Source of the DNA: Octopus bimaculoides
Lineage: Eukaryota
Assembly (NCBI RefSeq): GCF_001194135.2
Contig: NC_068981.1
Span: forward strand, 130,640,117-130,704,116
DNA: 64,000 nt
Direction of reading: 5' to 3'
The translations under genes and the position numbers were made by a program. The notes below the pieces were generated by a model. It ran no database searches, was not told the DNA's origin, and worked only from the letters and a program-made list of their open reading frames with translations. Of this stretch, positions 11,862 through 23,972 are shown in pieces. Numbering within the stretch: the first letter of the stretch is position 1; each line of letters begins with the position of its first letter.

Positions 11862-12159
11862 CACTATTAATAATAATAACAAACCTTTACACTAAAGGTG
11901 GAAGGTCTGAAATTTGGTTGGAGGGGGCTAGTTGATTACACTGATCCCATTGCTGAATGGTACTTATTTCAATAATCCTGAAAGGATGAAAGTTGACTTG
12001 GTGGAATTTGAACTCGGAATGTGTTAATAAGCACAAGCATAGCTGTGTGGTAAGAAGCTTGCTTCCCAACCACATGGTTCCAGGTTTAGTTTCAATGATC
12101 TTGGAAAGACGAAAGACAAAGTTGGCCTTGGTGGAATTTGAACTCAGGATGTGTTAATA

Positions 12160-12545
12160 GGCACAGGTGTAGCTGTGTGATAAGAAACTTGCTTCCCAAC
12201 CACAATTCCAGGTTCAGTCCCACTGCGTGGTACCTTGGACAAGTGTCTTCTACTATTGTCTTCAGCCAACCAAAGCCTTGTGAGTGTATTTGGTAGATGG
12301 AAACTGAAAGAAGCTTTTTTATTTATATGTCTGTGTGTGTGTTTGTACCTTGCTACTGCTTCGCAACCAGTGTTGGTTTGTTTATGTCCCTGTAACATAG
12401 CAGTTCAGCATAAGAGACCAACATACTATATACCAAGACAAAAAAAAAAAAAATACTAGGGTTGATTCATTCGATTAAAATTCAAGGTGGTGTTCCAGTA
12501 TGGCCACTGTATAATGACTGAAACAAGTATAAAAAAATAAAAGAA
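12160..12545 (+). mobile_element. CORE-like SINE (family A)
   Basis: Family A head, core and tail; preceded by a partial duplicate of the head region at about 11990-12090. Confidence 0.85.
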
Positions 12546-12764
12546 TAAACAAAATGCCACTAAGCATTTTGTCTAGCGTGCTAATAATTTCTTCCAGCTC
12601 ACTGTTTTACTAAGAATAATTCTTTCTAATTTTTGCACAGGACCAGCAACTTTGGGGTATATGGGTGAAGTCTATTACATGTACTCCTGTACTTGACTGG
12701 TACTTTAACTCCAGAATGATGAGCAGCAAAGATAACTTCCATAGTTTTTATAATAATAAAGGAA

Positions 12765-12915
12765 GGGTAGGAAGGGCATCCAGCTGTAGAAACTCTGCCA
12801 AATCAGATTGGAGCCTGGTGTAGCCATCTGGTTTCACCAGTCCTCAGTCAAAATCGTCCAACCCATGCTAGCATGGAAAGCGGACGTTAAACGACGACGA
12901 TGATAATGATGATGA
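12765..12915 (+). mobile_element. RTE LINE 3' tail fragment
   Basis: taggaagggcatccagctgtagaaactctgcc...ggacgttaaacgacgacgatgat. Confidence 0.85.
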
Positions 12916-12944
12916 ATTGCTTCAAATTTATGTCCAATAGTTAC

Positions 12945-13310
12945 AGGCATGGCTGTATGGTAAGAAGTTTGCTTCTCAAACACATGGTTCTGGGTTCACT
13001 CTCACTGTGTGGCATCTTGGGCAAGTGTCTTTTATTATGGGTTCCATAGCCTTGTGAGTGGATTTGGCAGTTGGAAACTGAAAGAAGTTCATTGTTGTAT
13101 ATGTGTGTGTGTGTGTGTGCATGTATCTTTGTCCCCCACCACTGCTAGGCAACTGATGTTGGTGTGTTTACATTCCTGTAATTTAGCGATTCAGAAAAAG
13201 AGACTGATAGAATAAGTATGAGGTTTTAAAAAGAGTACTGAGGTCAATTCATTCGACTAAAATTCTGCAAGGCCATGGTCTGATGAATGAAATAAGTAAA
13301 AAGTAAAAAA
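12945..13310 (+). mobile_element. CORE-like SINE (family A)
   Basis: ggcatggctgtatggtaagaagtttgcttc...ggcatcttgggcaagtgtct...gaatgaaataagtaaaa. Confidence 0.85.
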
Positions 13311-13523
13311 AAGATGTGGTGACAAAAATTTTCAACAATCAAATTGTCGATAACATTTATTTAGAAAAAAAAAAAAATTGTTTTAAAACTAAAGCAGTAT
13401 ATAAAAGAAGGCTGCCAAAAATAATTTGTTTTAAAATGAAAACAATTTTTAAAACTGAAATTATAAATTGTAAGTCACTGACCTAAAGCAAGTACTCGTT
13501 TGATATGGTCGTTAACCTTAGTA

Positions 13524-13848
13524 NNNNNNNNNNNNNNNNNNNNNNNNNNNNNNNNNNNNNNNNNNNNNNNNNNNNNNNNNNNNNNNNNNNNNNNNNNNNN
13601 NNNNNNNNNNNNNNNNNNNNNNNNNNNNNNNNNNNNNNNNNNNNNNNNNNNNNNNNNNNNNNNNNNNNNNNNNNNNNNNNNNNNNNNNNNNNNNNNNNNN
13701 NNNNNNNNNNNNNNNNNNNNNNNNNNNNNNNNNNNNNNNNNNNNNNNNNNNNNNNNNNNNNNNNNNNNNNNNNNNNNNNNNNNNNNNNNNNNNNNNNNNN
13801 NNNNNNNNNNNNNNNNNNNNNNNNNNNNNNNNNNNNNNNNNNNNNNNA
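13524..13848. other. Assembly gap
   Basis: N-run. Confidence 1.
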
Positions 13849-13910
13849 AAACAAGTATATATACTTTCAACATACAAATAAAATAAATGTATTCAGACAC
13901 ATATTTATAG

Positions 13911-14141
13911 GACCGGTTCTCAACAGGGGTCAATGTAAGTATTTGTTGTTAAAATTTATGTGCAATAAATTGGTTATACTTCAACAACACAAAATATTTT
14001 AACAATTTTTTTTATACAATTCCTAATATTTAATTACAAAAATATAAAAGGACTTTTTAAACATTGAATGCCTATGAGGGCCCATACAAGTACAATAAAA
14101 ATCAAAGGGATCCATAGGTAAAAAATGGTTGCAAACCATTG
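13911..14141 (+). mobile_element. hAT-type MITE
   Basis: Degenerate termini gaccggttctcaac / ggttgcaaaccattg; flanks atttatag / atctatac. Confidence 0.7.
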
Positions 14142-14149
14142 ATCTATAC

Positions 14150-14505
14150 CAGGGGTTCTGAACCATTTTTTATCTATGGACTTCTTTGATTACTATTTTA
14201 TTCTGGTGGACCCCCATTGTCATTTGATACTAAAAAAAAAAAATAGTTTTATAAAAACTTCTTTCAAAATTTCTATTTTGTTTTGCAAACATTCATTTGT
14301 GTGGGCTGAAAAATGTAAAATGTTAGAGAGAGGGAAACCTAGCTGTTTCTTGCAATGTATACCAATAATATGTCTAGAGCAAAAATTTTTCAGGAGTTCT
14401 CAAAATACTATCGAGGATCTCCAATTTACTATTTTGTTATGTAGACCCTGAAAAAATCTTACATGGACCCCCAGGGGTCATATGGATCCCCGTTGAGAAC
14501 CACTG
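14150..14505 (-). mobile_element. hAT-type MITE (same family as 5235-5564)
   Basis: Termini caggggttctgaacc / gttgagaaccactg; 8-bp TSD atctatac / atctatat (7/8). Confidence 0.85.
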
Positions 14506-15200
14506 ATCTATATTAGTAAATGCAAATTTCTGTATGTATGACTCAGCCACCACCCACAGAGAGGAGAGTTTACCCCAATAATTAGCATAAACTTGGAATC
14601 AGAGTAACCCAGAGAGTGTTTCTATGCTACTTTGGTCCACAGACCCGTCAAACCACTCTATAACACCTTTTTTGTGCTGTTTAAACCTTTTACTGTGGAA
14701 ATCAGATATATCTACTTAAAATTTCCTTACCCTTGACTGCAGAAAGCACGTTTTTATAACCAAACTATCTTTTGTTGAGAAATGTCATGTTTGAAACAAA
14801 TTTTTGTTGAGAGATGTCAAGTTTATTGAAAATACCAATTCTATTTTTTTGGTAGATATTTATCATCATTACTGCAATAACCATGAAATTTAATTTTGCA
14901 GTTAAAGTGTTAATGCTGATATTTCAGAGTTTATTGTAAATGATGCTGTACAAATATTTCTTTTATTAAGAAAATTGGAAATGATAGATCTCATTTTATC
15001 TTTACTCATGGAAATACAAAATCTAAGTATTTTAGTTTCAGAAGTAACAGCATAAAGTCTATAAAACTGAATTCTAGGAGGCAAAAAAAAAATCTGTCAT
15101 TAAGCTCTCTTTCATGTTATTACAGTTCCCAATTTTCTTTTTATTATTGAACCAATATAAACTTCCTCACTTTCTATTGACAAAAATTTATCACCTTTTT

Positions 15201-15430
15201 ACCACCATGACAGATATCCAAAATACAGTGGAGAAGGCTAGCCACTGGATTTGGTTAAAAAGAGACAATGAGCGATGGCTAGAGAAATATTGAGCTTTGT
15301 TTTTAATAACCAGTTGATCTAGCAAGTGGGGCCTCATATCAGTGAGGGGGGCTGGTGTGCATTGATGCCGTTGAGAGGTAGGCCCCGAAACAGCACGCAT
15401 TCTCTCCTGATGACCCCATATACTTGCTGG
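15201..15430 (+). mobile_element. Hero-like (restriction-like endonuclease) non-LTR retrotransposon, extreme 3' fragment
   Basis: TTMTDIQNTVEKASHWIWLKRDNERWLEKY* (15201-15293) resembles the Hero C-terminal motif as I recall it (AE+AS.W+WL+R..W). A GC-richer putative 3' UTR follows. Confidence 0.6.
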
Positions 15431-16679
15431 CTTCCGGTATGCAGAGTTCTCAACTGGTAGCACTTGCATGTGCGAGTTGTTTGCAAGACATAGTGTTAAA
15501 CCATTTGTAGTCATTTCATTTAATTGCGCTGCATGCTGCTTTGTTTTCAACTGCTTTTAAAGCACACATATGACTCAGATTTGGTGGATGTGAATAGTTA
15601 TGAAGAATCTTTTGAATAATATTGGCCAAGTCAAATCATAGCTCAAAGCATTTCTAATGTCATCTCCAATAAACATGGGTTTCTTGTTTTCTACTGACAG
15701 AGTAATATGTATCCTTTAAACAAAAATTTTCTAATTCTTAAAAAAACAAAAAATATCATTGTTTTGCACCATGCACAATGAGATCTGAAATGATTATTTG
15801 CATATTTAGTCTTAATATGTCCAGGTAAATAATCATTTCCATGTAAAGAATTGTTTCAGATCTTGTCATACATAGTTCAAATAACGACATTATATCACTT
15901 GCCAGATGTAAGCATCCATCAGCAAATGATTTGTTTGCCTAAAATATAAACAAAGCCAGTGGCCGGGTGCTTCAGGCTGATGGAACAAAACATATTGAAA
16001 CACCAGTATCCTAAAATCCCATGTTTCAATGAGTTGAGTCTGTCGAGCACCCTGTTGTCATAAAAGGGAGGAGCTACTCAACTATAACATAAATTACAGT
16101 GACCAGCATAATTTGTATCTAAACCTGCCTGGAAGTATTAAGTATATACAAATAATCTTTTCTAATTGTTACTAGTTACAAATTCCATTTAAAATGTAGA
16201 AAAGGATCAAATGATCTGTTCCCCAATCTATCTTAAAGTCTAAGCAATTTTCATAATTGTTAAATTATAGAAAAACTTGAATAAGTTTTGTACCATGAGA
16301 TCCAGGACCATCTTAGCAGCATTAAAGGCCCTTGTGCATATCAATATATTGGGCCCCATAGTATTATTTATTGACAGCAAGCCAGAACACACATAAAACA
16401 GAATTGGGACCCCGAGACCTATGAGACCCTCAGGCAACTGCCTCTGCATGTCCATGCTTTAGGACAACACTAATCTGATAAGATCCGAGGTCATCACTTA
16501 GGAAGAGTGCAAAAACGAGAAAGTGAAAGTGAAAGAAGAGTACTGTTGAGGGGTAGATGTGGAAGGAGAGGGTAGATGGATTGGGTTGCTGTCTTTGGTT
16601 TAGACAGTGCTTATGGCACAAAATCCAGCACCTATGATTTACTAATAAAGCTGATTCTTGTATAGAATAAAACTTATAT

Positions 16680-17000
16680 TCTTTAACTTGTTTCAGTCAT
16701 TGGACTGCGGCTATGCTGGAGCACTGCCTTGAGGAATTTTAGTTGAATTAATCAACCCTAGTTCTTATTTTCTTTTTAAGCCTGGTAATTATTCTATTGG
16801 TGTCTTTTGCTGAACCGCTAAGTTACAGGGATGTAAACACACCAACACTGACTATCAAGTGGTGGTGGAGGACAAACATACACGTTCACACATATTTACA
16901 ACGAGCTTCTTTCGGTTTCAGTCTACCAGATCCACTCACAAGGCTTTAGTTGGCCCAAGCCTATAGTAGAAGATACTTGCCCAAGGTGCCATGCAGTAGG
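16680..17000 (-). mobile_element. CORE-like SINE (family A)
   Basis: cttgtttcagtcattggactgcggctatgctggagcactgcc...agatacttgcccaaggtgccatgcagt. Confidence 0.88.
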
Positions 17001-19301
17001 CCACGCCTGCATCTATATTTATTCATTGCCAATTTGATTGTTAGGGCTTTGTCTTGTTGCATTTTGATGATTGATATTTTGTCAGAGTCCCTATACCATT
17101 GAGTCTAGAGTGATGAAACAACAATGCACTGAGAGAGAGAGATAGAGATAGAGAGAGCGTGCACATGCACATGCGTGTGTAATAATCATCCATATGCTTA
17201 TTATCAAGGCACTGGAAATTATTTGCTTCAAAATATGAGAAGAAACAACCCATATAAATGTCTAAATTTGCAGAAGTATTCAACCCTACAAGCATTGAAA
17301 TGGGGAAAATAAAAATAGTAAATAAAGCTGAAAGAATATTAAAAAAGCAAAATTCCCCTGCATAAAACTTATTAATGAATATAAAATGTCTAAGTTGGTG
17401 AGAAATTGAGGGAGTCAAGCATAAACTTTGGCACTATAGCACCTTCCGTTGGAACAGTGCCACAGAACTGTATTAGGATATCTATCTGTATGTGTCAGTG
17501 TCTTTTACATATACACATACACATATTATATACATTGCAAAATAGAAATGATAACAAGTAAACATATCATCTCAGAGTAATGGAGAAATAATTGCTAGAC
17601 AGGCAATATTGAAGATGACAATATGATAGATGGGAGAGCAGACACATGTTTGAAGAACTACATAATTTTATTGTCCTTCAAGTACACTATATGCCTAGTG
17701 GATGACAAGTTAACATACTGGGGTTGCTTGTCCAAAATGTCAAACTTTGCTCTAGGCTTTGTGAGTGAAACTGGGTAGAAGCCTATCGAGTGGACTCTGA
17801 TCTGTATAATGTGCAAGTGGTGAGAACGAAGGACAAGATATCCTTTACTGTTCCAGAACCAATAAAAAGAAGTACCAGTCCAGGCAATGGATTAGAAGAA
17901 TAGTGGGTCACATGAAATGCCTTGCAGCATTTATTCCAGCTCTTGGTGTTCTGACTTCTTCAGCGATGGATTTAACCCTTTGCTTGTCCCGTGTATGTAA
18001 CATATTTCCCTGGCATCCATACATCATATATGATACACATTCCCAATTTTTTCCCAACCATCAAAGTAATTTGTGACTTTTGAAAGAAAAGCTTTACACC
18101 ATCACCACCATTGTTAAACAATGATGGTGATGATGATGCATGAAACTAAGAGTAACTAAAAACCTGGAAACGAGCATAGATGAAAATGCTTTGGACTGGC
18201 ACAGGGTTATTTTGTGGTCAAGTTTAACACCACCTCTGGTCCTTATAATTTATTTGTCTTCCAACTCAGAAAAGATACTCAACAAAAGGTTGTGGACATT
18301 GCCCTTCGTCTTCTGATTAAACCCTAACAAAAATATTTCTCAGCTAGTGGGCAAGATGCCACATGACTCTAGTAGTGTCTCTATCCAATGCAAATTTGAC
18401 AATCAAGAGCTGAAATGTAATCATGTTGTGTACACATAGCAATAATCATTACTTTGTAGCTTCTAATTAAGGAGCATGTCTTTGTTTGCCACAGTCCAGC
18501 TGGACCCCCCCCCCCCCAAGTTTTTTCACAGTGGGAAGGAACAGAACATTAAACCCAAAGTAAGCAGCATTTCCATTTCATAACAGCATGTCCAGCAGTA
18601 AGGAGAATGAATTAGAAATAATACATTCCAAAAGATAAAACTAATTTAGCAGTTTTTATGAATTGTTTTTCTATGTCTGTCCAAGCTGAAAGTCTGTTAC
18701 CTCTGTTACGCTCAGTTGAATAAAGACACAGCATCATCTAATTTAACTTATATCATCATCATCTATTTATATCCATTTACTCATGCTGGCATGGGTGGTA
18801 CAGATCTTGCTACATGTGATTCTTAGTCATCTAACACACACAATAAAGACAACTTTGTTGTTGTGTGGTTGCTACAGCTAGATACCCTTTCTGCCATCAA
18901 CTAACTACTCTACAGCATGAATAGAGTGCATTTGATTTTGCCACTTGCATCAGAGAAGTTATTTATAGCAAGATTAAGTGTCTGCACAAACCTACACTGG
19001 TTCTTATTTAGAGTTACTGCCCTCCTAGATGGTTTGCCTTTGATGTAGCTTGAGGAATCTATGTCTCTTTCTATCATCCCTTCACTTTTTTTCGACATTT
19101 ATGACATACACCTTGATATTGATTTCTCATTCAAATGCAAAACTATCTGTTTAAGAAATAAGTGTAGTCAGTTGCAATTGCCCTCAACACAGTGATAATA
19201 CTTACTTTATTGACAGCTTCTCCTTAGAGGAATGAAAAGCAGAGATGACCTCAGTAACATTAGAGATTGGATCAGAGAGGATGGAACTAAATACCATAGC
19301 A

Positions 19302-19799
19302 CAGTGGTTCCCAAACTATGAGTCGCGACTCACTGATGGGTCGTGAATGGAATCCTAGTGGGTCGCAAAAAGTTATAAAATTACGCATTAGCTTTGATTA
19401 ACTACTGTCTATCGAGATAGTTCAAGACTCATGTTTTCAATACCAGACTGGTTGTACCCAATCATTTCCACCGAAGCATTAAAAGTAATTCTCCCTTTCG
19501 CATCATAATTGTGAAGCTGGATTTCCAGCAATGGTTGGGATTAAAAGCAAATTTCGAAATAAACTGCAGCTCTCAAATTCTTTATGGCTGAAACTATCAC
19601 GCATTGAACCCAATGTTAATTCTATTATTGAGTGTAGCAAGAAACAGGCTCATCCTTCTCACAGGCCTCAATGAAAATGTAATCTGAAATAAATTTGTTT
19701 TTTTCTTTAATGTTTTTACCCAGTAGAGTTTTAAGTGGGTCGCCATAAACTGGTGTCATAAATAGTGGGTCGCGTCTCAAAAAAGTTTGGTAACCACGG
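19302..19799 (+). mobile_element. hAT (Buster/Charlie-type) internally deleted element
   Basis: Exact 8-bp TSD ccatagca (19294-19301, 19800-19807); termini cagtggttcccaaact / agtttggtaaccacgg. It retains the dimerisation-domain tail YPIISTEALKVILPF..CEAGFPAMVGIKSKFRNKL...KQAHPSH. Confidence 0.92.
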
Positions 19800-19814
19800 C
19801 CATAGCATATTTAG

Positions 19815-19990
19815 GTTCAGGTGTAGCTGTGTGGTAAGAAGTTTGCTTTCCAACTACATGATTCTGGGTTCAGTCCCACTGTGTGATACCTTGGGCAAGT
19901 GTGTTCTACTATAGCCCTGGGCCAACCAAAGCCTTCTGAGTTATTTGGTACATGGAAATTGAAAACAAACCTATCATGTGTGTGTGTGTG
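19815..19990 (+). mobile_element. CORE-like SINE (family A), 5' half
   Basis: gctgtgtggtaagaagtttgc...gataccttgggcaagtgtgttctactatagcc, ending in (tg)n. Confidence 0.85.
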
Positions 19991-20526
19991 TGTGTGTTAC
20001 TATCTCCTTGCTTAGTGAAAAGAAAAAAAAATTATGAAGCAGTGGAAAGTAAAGGAAAGAACAGAAGTTGGCTGAGATCAAGAAATAATTAATGAAGATC
20101 TTAATTTAGGGTTAGTGATTCTGATATATTTCTTTTTGTTGTAAATTCCCACATGACAAAGTACAGCTCATCCCTAAGAATAAAATTTTGCATGATTTTT
20201 TAACAACTCAACATTTCAGTCTGGTACATGTCTAGCAAGTAACTTGATATGAGACCATGTGTTGAAACTGAAGCAATTTTATCACGGAAAAACCATCTTA
20301 GTCATCTAAAAACACACAATAATTGTTAAATTCATTCTCTGCTTATTCTGTGAGGTGTGTCTTAGTCCTTTAGCACTTAACCTGGCCATATCTGGCCCAA
20401 ATATTCTGTTTTATGTTCAAACTGACCAAATCTGGCCATCACACCTATCTTACAATGTCTCTCTAAAAATAAACAATCACATTACTGAGATCTCATATCT
20501 ACAAGACACTGTTTTGAACTAATCAA

Positions 20527-20872
20527 GCGGTCAAAGGATCGCGGTTTTGATTCCCAGACTGGGCGTTGTGAGTGTTTATTGAGCAAAAACACCTAAAGCT
20601 CCACGAGGTTCCGGCAGGGGATGGTGGCGAACCCTGCTGTACTCTTTCACCACAACTTTCTCTCACTCTTACTTCCTGTTTCTGTTGTGCCTGCAATTCA
20701 AAGAGTCAGCCTTGTCACACTGTGTCACGCTGAATATCCCCGAGAGCTACGTTAAGGGTACGTGTCTGTGGAGTGCTCAGCCACTTGCATGTTAATTTCA
20801 TGAGCAGGCTGTTCCGTTGATCGGATCAACTGGAACCCTCAACGTCGTAAGCGACGGAGTGCCAACAACGAC
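20527..20872 (+). mobile_element. tRNA(Arg)-like SINE (family B), 5'-truncated
   Basis: gcggtcaaaggatcgcggttttgattcccagac...gcgacggagtgccaacaac. Confidence 0.9.
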
Positions 20873-21051
20873 GAAATACCAGTCAATCACCACTCACTGG
20901 CATTTATTCTAACCTTGGCGAGATGAAAGGTAATGTTCATACCTACCAAAATTTGAACTTAGAACATGAATTTATTTTAGAGCAACTACTACAGAGATAC
21001 TAGGAATATGAAAAAAAAAAATTCCATGTGTGATGTAAAAAAAAGAGTAAT

Positions 21052-21366
21052 GACCCCTTGAATGATCATGGGATTGTACCTAGAAAGTTTCCCTCCAGGG
21101 CACAAGTCTGGGCAAGGTTTATGGAATGACCAGCAATCGCCCATGGATACCAGCCTCCCCTCTCCATACCAGTTATGTTATCCAAGAGAAAGACAATGGC
21201 TGATACAGCTTGGCACCAGTGACGTCGCAACTCATTTCTATAGCTGAGCGAAGTGGAGCAACATAAAATAAAGTGTCGTGTTCAAAGAACACAACACAGC
21301 CCAGTTCAAGAATCGAATTCACTACCTCATGATTGTGAGCCTGACGCTCTAACCACTGAACCATGT
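21052..21366 (-). mobile_element. tRNA-derived SINE (family C)
   Basis: rc: ggttcagtggttagagcgtcaggctcacaatcatgaggtagtgaattcgattc (A/B-box-like) plus central ttgaacacgacactttattttatgttgctcc. Related copy at 50915-51060. Confidence 0.75.
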
Positions 21367-21875
21367 ATCTTCACATGTGTGATGTAATGGAGGAGTAAGT
21401 GATGGTAGTGGTGGTGGCGGGTGACAAAGAGTATGGTGAGTGTCAATGGAGACAACACTAAGGGAATGAGGAATAATGATGATGATGATGATGATGATGA
21501 TGAAGGCATTGATAATAGTATGGTGCAGTAGGTGGACTGGGAAAACATGACACCAATGATAATATAGCAATGGCATTGATAAGGTAGGTGGCAGGTGATG
21601 AAGGTTTAGAGTGTGGAGGAAAAGTGGGTGTTCGTAATGATAACGTTGATGTTATTGGTGGTGATGGTATGGAAAATATGTGAAAGATAAAAAGCAATAC
21701 CTCAGCGATAAGATTGATAAGAGACAGGGGGGGAGGAGAGAGAGAGAGAGAGGGGTGGTGGTGGTGGTAAAATTATTTAAAATTATTTTACATTTAAATA
21801 CAAAAGGACCAAAAGATGAAAAAATATAGGGATATATGGTTGATATATAGGGATATAAAGGTAATGTTCATACCT

Positions 21876-22493
21876 NNNNNNNNNNNNNNNNNNNNNNNNN
21901 NNNNNNNNNNNNNNNNNNNNNNNNNNNNNNNNNNNNNNNNNNNNNNNNNNNNNNNNNNNNNNNNNNNNNNNNNNNNNNNNNNNNNNNNNNNNNNNNNNNN
22001 NNNNNNNNNNNNNNNNNNNNNNNNNNNNNNNNNNNNNNNNNNNNNNNNNNNNNNNNNNNNNNNNNNNNNNNNNNNNNNNNNNNNNNNNNNNNNNNNNNNN
22101 NNNNNNNNNNNNNNNNNNNNNNNNNNNNNNNNNNNNNNNNNNNNNNNNNNNNNNNNNNNNNNNNNNNNNNNNNNNNNNNNNNNNNNNNNNNNNNNNNNNN
22201 NNNNNNNNNNNNNNNNNNNNNNNNNNNNNNNNNNNNNNNNNNNNNNNNNNNNNNNNNNNNNNNNNNNNNNNNNNNNNNNNNNNNNNNNNNNNNNNNNNNN
22301 NNNNNNNNNNNNNNNNNNNNNNNNNNNNNNNNNNNNNNNNNNNNNNNNNNNNNNNNNNNNNNNNNNNNNNNNNNNNNNNNNNNNNNNNNNNNNNNNNNNN
22401 NNNNNNNNNNNNNNNNNNNNNNNNNNNNNNNNNNNNNNNNNNNNNNNNNNNNNNNNNNNNNNNNNNNNNNNNNNNNNNNNNNNNNNNNNNNNN
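21876..22493. other. Assembly gap
   Basis: N-run. Confidence 1.
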
Positions 22494-22781
22494 CACAGAC
22501 ACGTGTGCTCTTAACGTAGTTCTCAGGGGAGATTCAGTGTGACACAGAGTGTGACAAGGCTGGCCCTTTGAATTACAGGCACAACAGAAACAGGAAGTAA
22601 GAGTGAGAGAAAGTTGTGGTGAAAGAGTACAGCAGGGTTCGCCACCATCCCCTGCCGGAGCCTTGTGAAGCTTTTAGGTGTTTTCGCTCAATAAACACTC
22701 ACAACGCCTGGTCTGGGAATCGAAACCGCGATCCTATGACCGCAAGTCCGCTGCCCTAACCACTGGGCCATTGCACCTCCA
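22494..22781 (-). mobile_element. tRNA(Arg)-like SINE (family B), 3' end lost in gap
   Basis: Colinear with 11478-11861 from cacagacacgtgt to ccattgcacctcca. Confidence 0.9.
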
Positions 22782-23261
22782 CTAGCTGTAAGTCAACTCC
22801 TGCAGGAAAAGACATGAGCAAGGAGAAAATTCTAAAGAGAAGATTTTTAGGGGAGGAGGTGGAGAAAGGATTGGGCATAATGGTGTTGCAAAGGTTTGGA
22901 CACAGCAAAAGTGACAAGTGGAAAGGTGAAAGAGCCAGAGGTGTCTGAATAGTGGAGGTATGAGACCATCTAGCTCACAGGAAAAGAGGACATTATAGTA
23001 GTGACAGAAGAGAGAGAGAGAGAGAGAAAACCTGATGGATCAGTGCTGACCTGAGGTTAAATAACAACAACAACAGCCACAAGATCTTGCACTGCCACTA
23101 AGACACAATAGAATGTAATTCCCACCCATCCATCCATTACTGGCCATAAATAACAAAAGAACAATAATCAAAGAAAGAACAATCAAACAAACTCACCCCA
23201 TGCCATAGAGGTCACAGCCTCAAAACCCACAGAACCCCAAAACACAAAAACTGATACTTAC

Positions 23262-23654
23262 TTACTTTCAGCTGAAAGTCAAGATACAATGTATGTCCAG
23301 TTCGCTGTTTGGGGTCCCATTTATAAATCAGCGTTAAGTTATTGGCGTGTGAGGGAAAGACTGGAGGGTCTTTGAGAAGTTTTTGAACAGGACAGATAAT
23401 TCCCATACGGAATTCTTCACCACTCGTATTGCGTTCAGTAATGCTGATCTTTGGTAAACATTCCATTGAAACGGTGGAGCTGTTTGCTGGCTGCCACGGA
23501 ACTTCAAAGCCACGAAGGTCAGTGAAGTTCAGTTCAATGTACACCTTTGTCTTGGCAATAATGTACAAGTCACAGGCGTGCTGATCTGTAGTGTCATACT
23601 GCTTTGAATAAACAATCAAGACACTCTTGTTGCTCAACGTCGGACCACAGTCAC
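23262..23654 (-). CDS. Internal coding exon encoding one divergent CUB domain (extracellular protein; gene not identified)
   Basis: Acceptor tctctctctatttccag|GT at 23654. Open frame DCGPTLSNKSVLIVYSKQYDTTDQHACDLYIIAKTKVYIELNFTDLRGFEVPW...MECLPKISITERNTSGEEFRMGIICPVQKLLKDPPVFPSHANNLTLIYKWDPKQRTGHTLYLDFQLK has four Cys in CUB spacing, the I.LNFTD strand and five N-x-S/T sequons. Donor GTAAGT at 23265 or 23261. Confidence 0.8.
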
Positions 23655-23972
23655 CTGGAAATAGAGAGAGAGAGACAAAATAATTGAGGTGTAATATTCA
23701 ATTAAGAAGTAGTAATAAAAAGGTTTTGTTCAGGTGTTAGATGCAACAAACAGAATGAGATGTGAAAGACATGAGAGGAGGAGGAGTAAACAACATTAAT
23801 CCCTTGCAGACGGATTTAGTATTGACAGTCTGTGCTGCGTAATGATATTAGGCCTTTCAGTAACATTATTTTTCATACATGGAATTTTACAATGTATTTA
23901 CGGATTCTTCTCAGTGTGGTATATTTGAAAACACAGTGCCACACAGTGTGAGACCTTGCACTGCTCACATAC

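Noticed and set aside
15191-15550. 119-aa minus ORF with a hydrophobic C-terminus, as a possible GPI-anchor last exon of the CUB gene
   Set aside because: The acceptor is weak, and the hydrophobic tail is the antisense of the Hero-like EKASHWIWLKR segment.
17041-17418. 125-aa minus ORF with an acceptor-like tract near 17335
   Set aside because: No donor, it runs into a microsatellite, and it has no recognisable domain.
18910-19098. 62-aa minus ORF
   Set aside because: Stop immediately upstream, no usable splice sites, and no motif.
21857-21875. 19-mer identical to about 20926-20944 at a contig end
   Set aside because: Probably a family D SINE fragment or local misassembly next to a gap.
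23763-23773. 11-nt match to the miR-71 5' end (TGAAAGACATG)
   Set aside because: The remainder does not match and there is no precursor hairpin.
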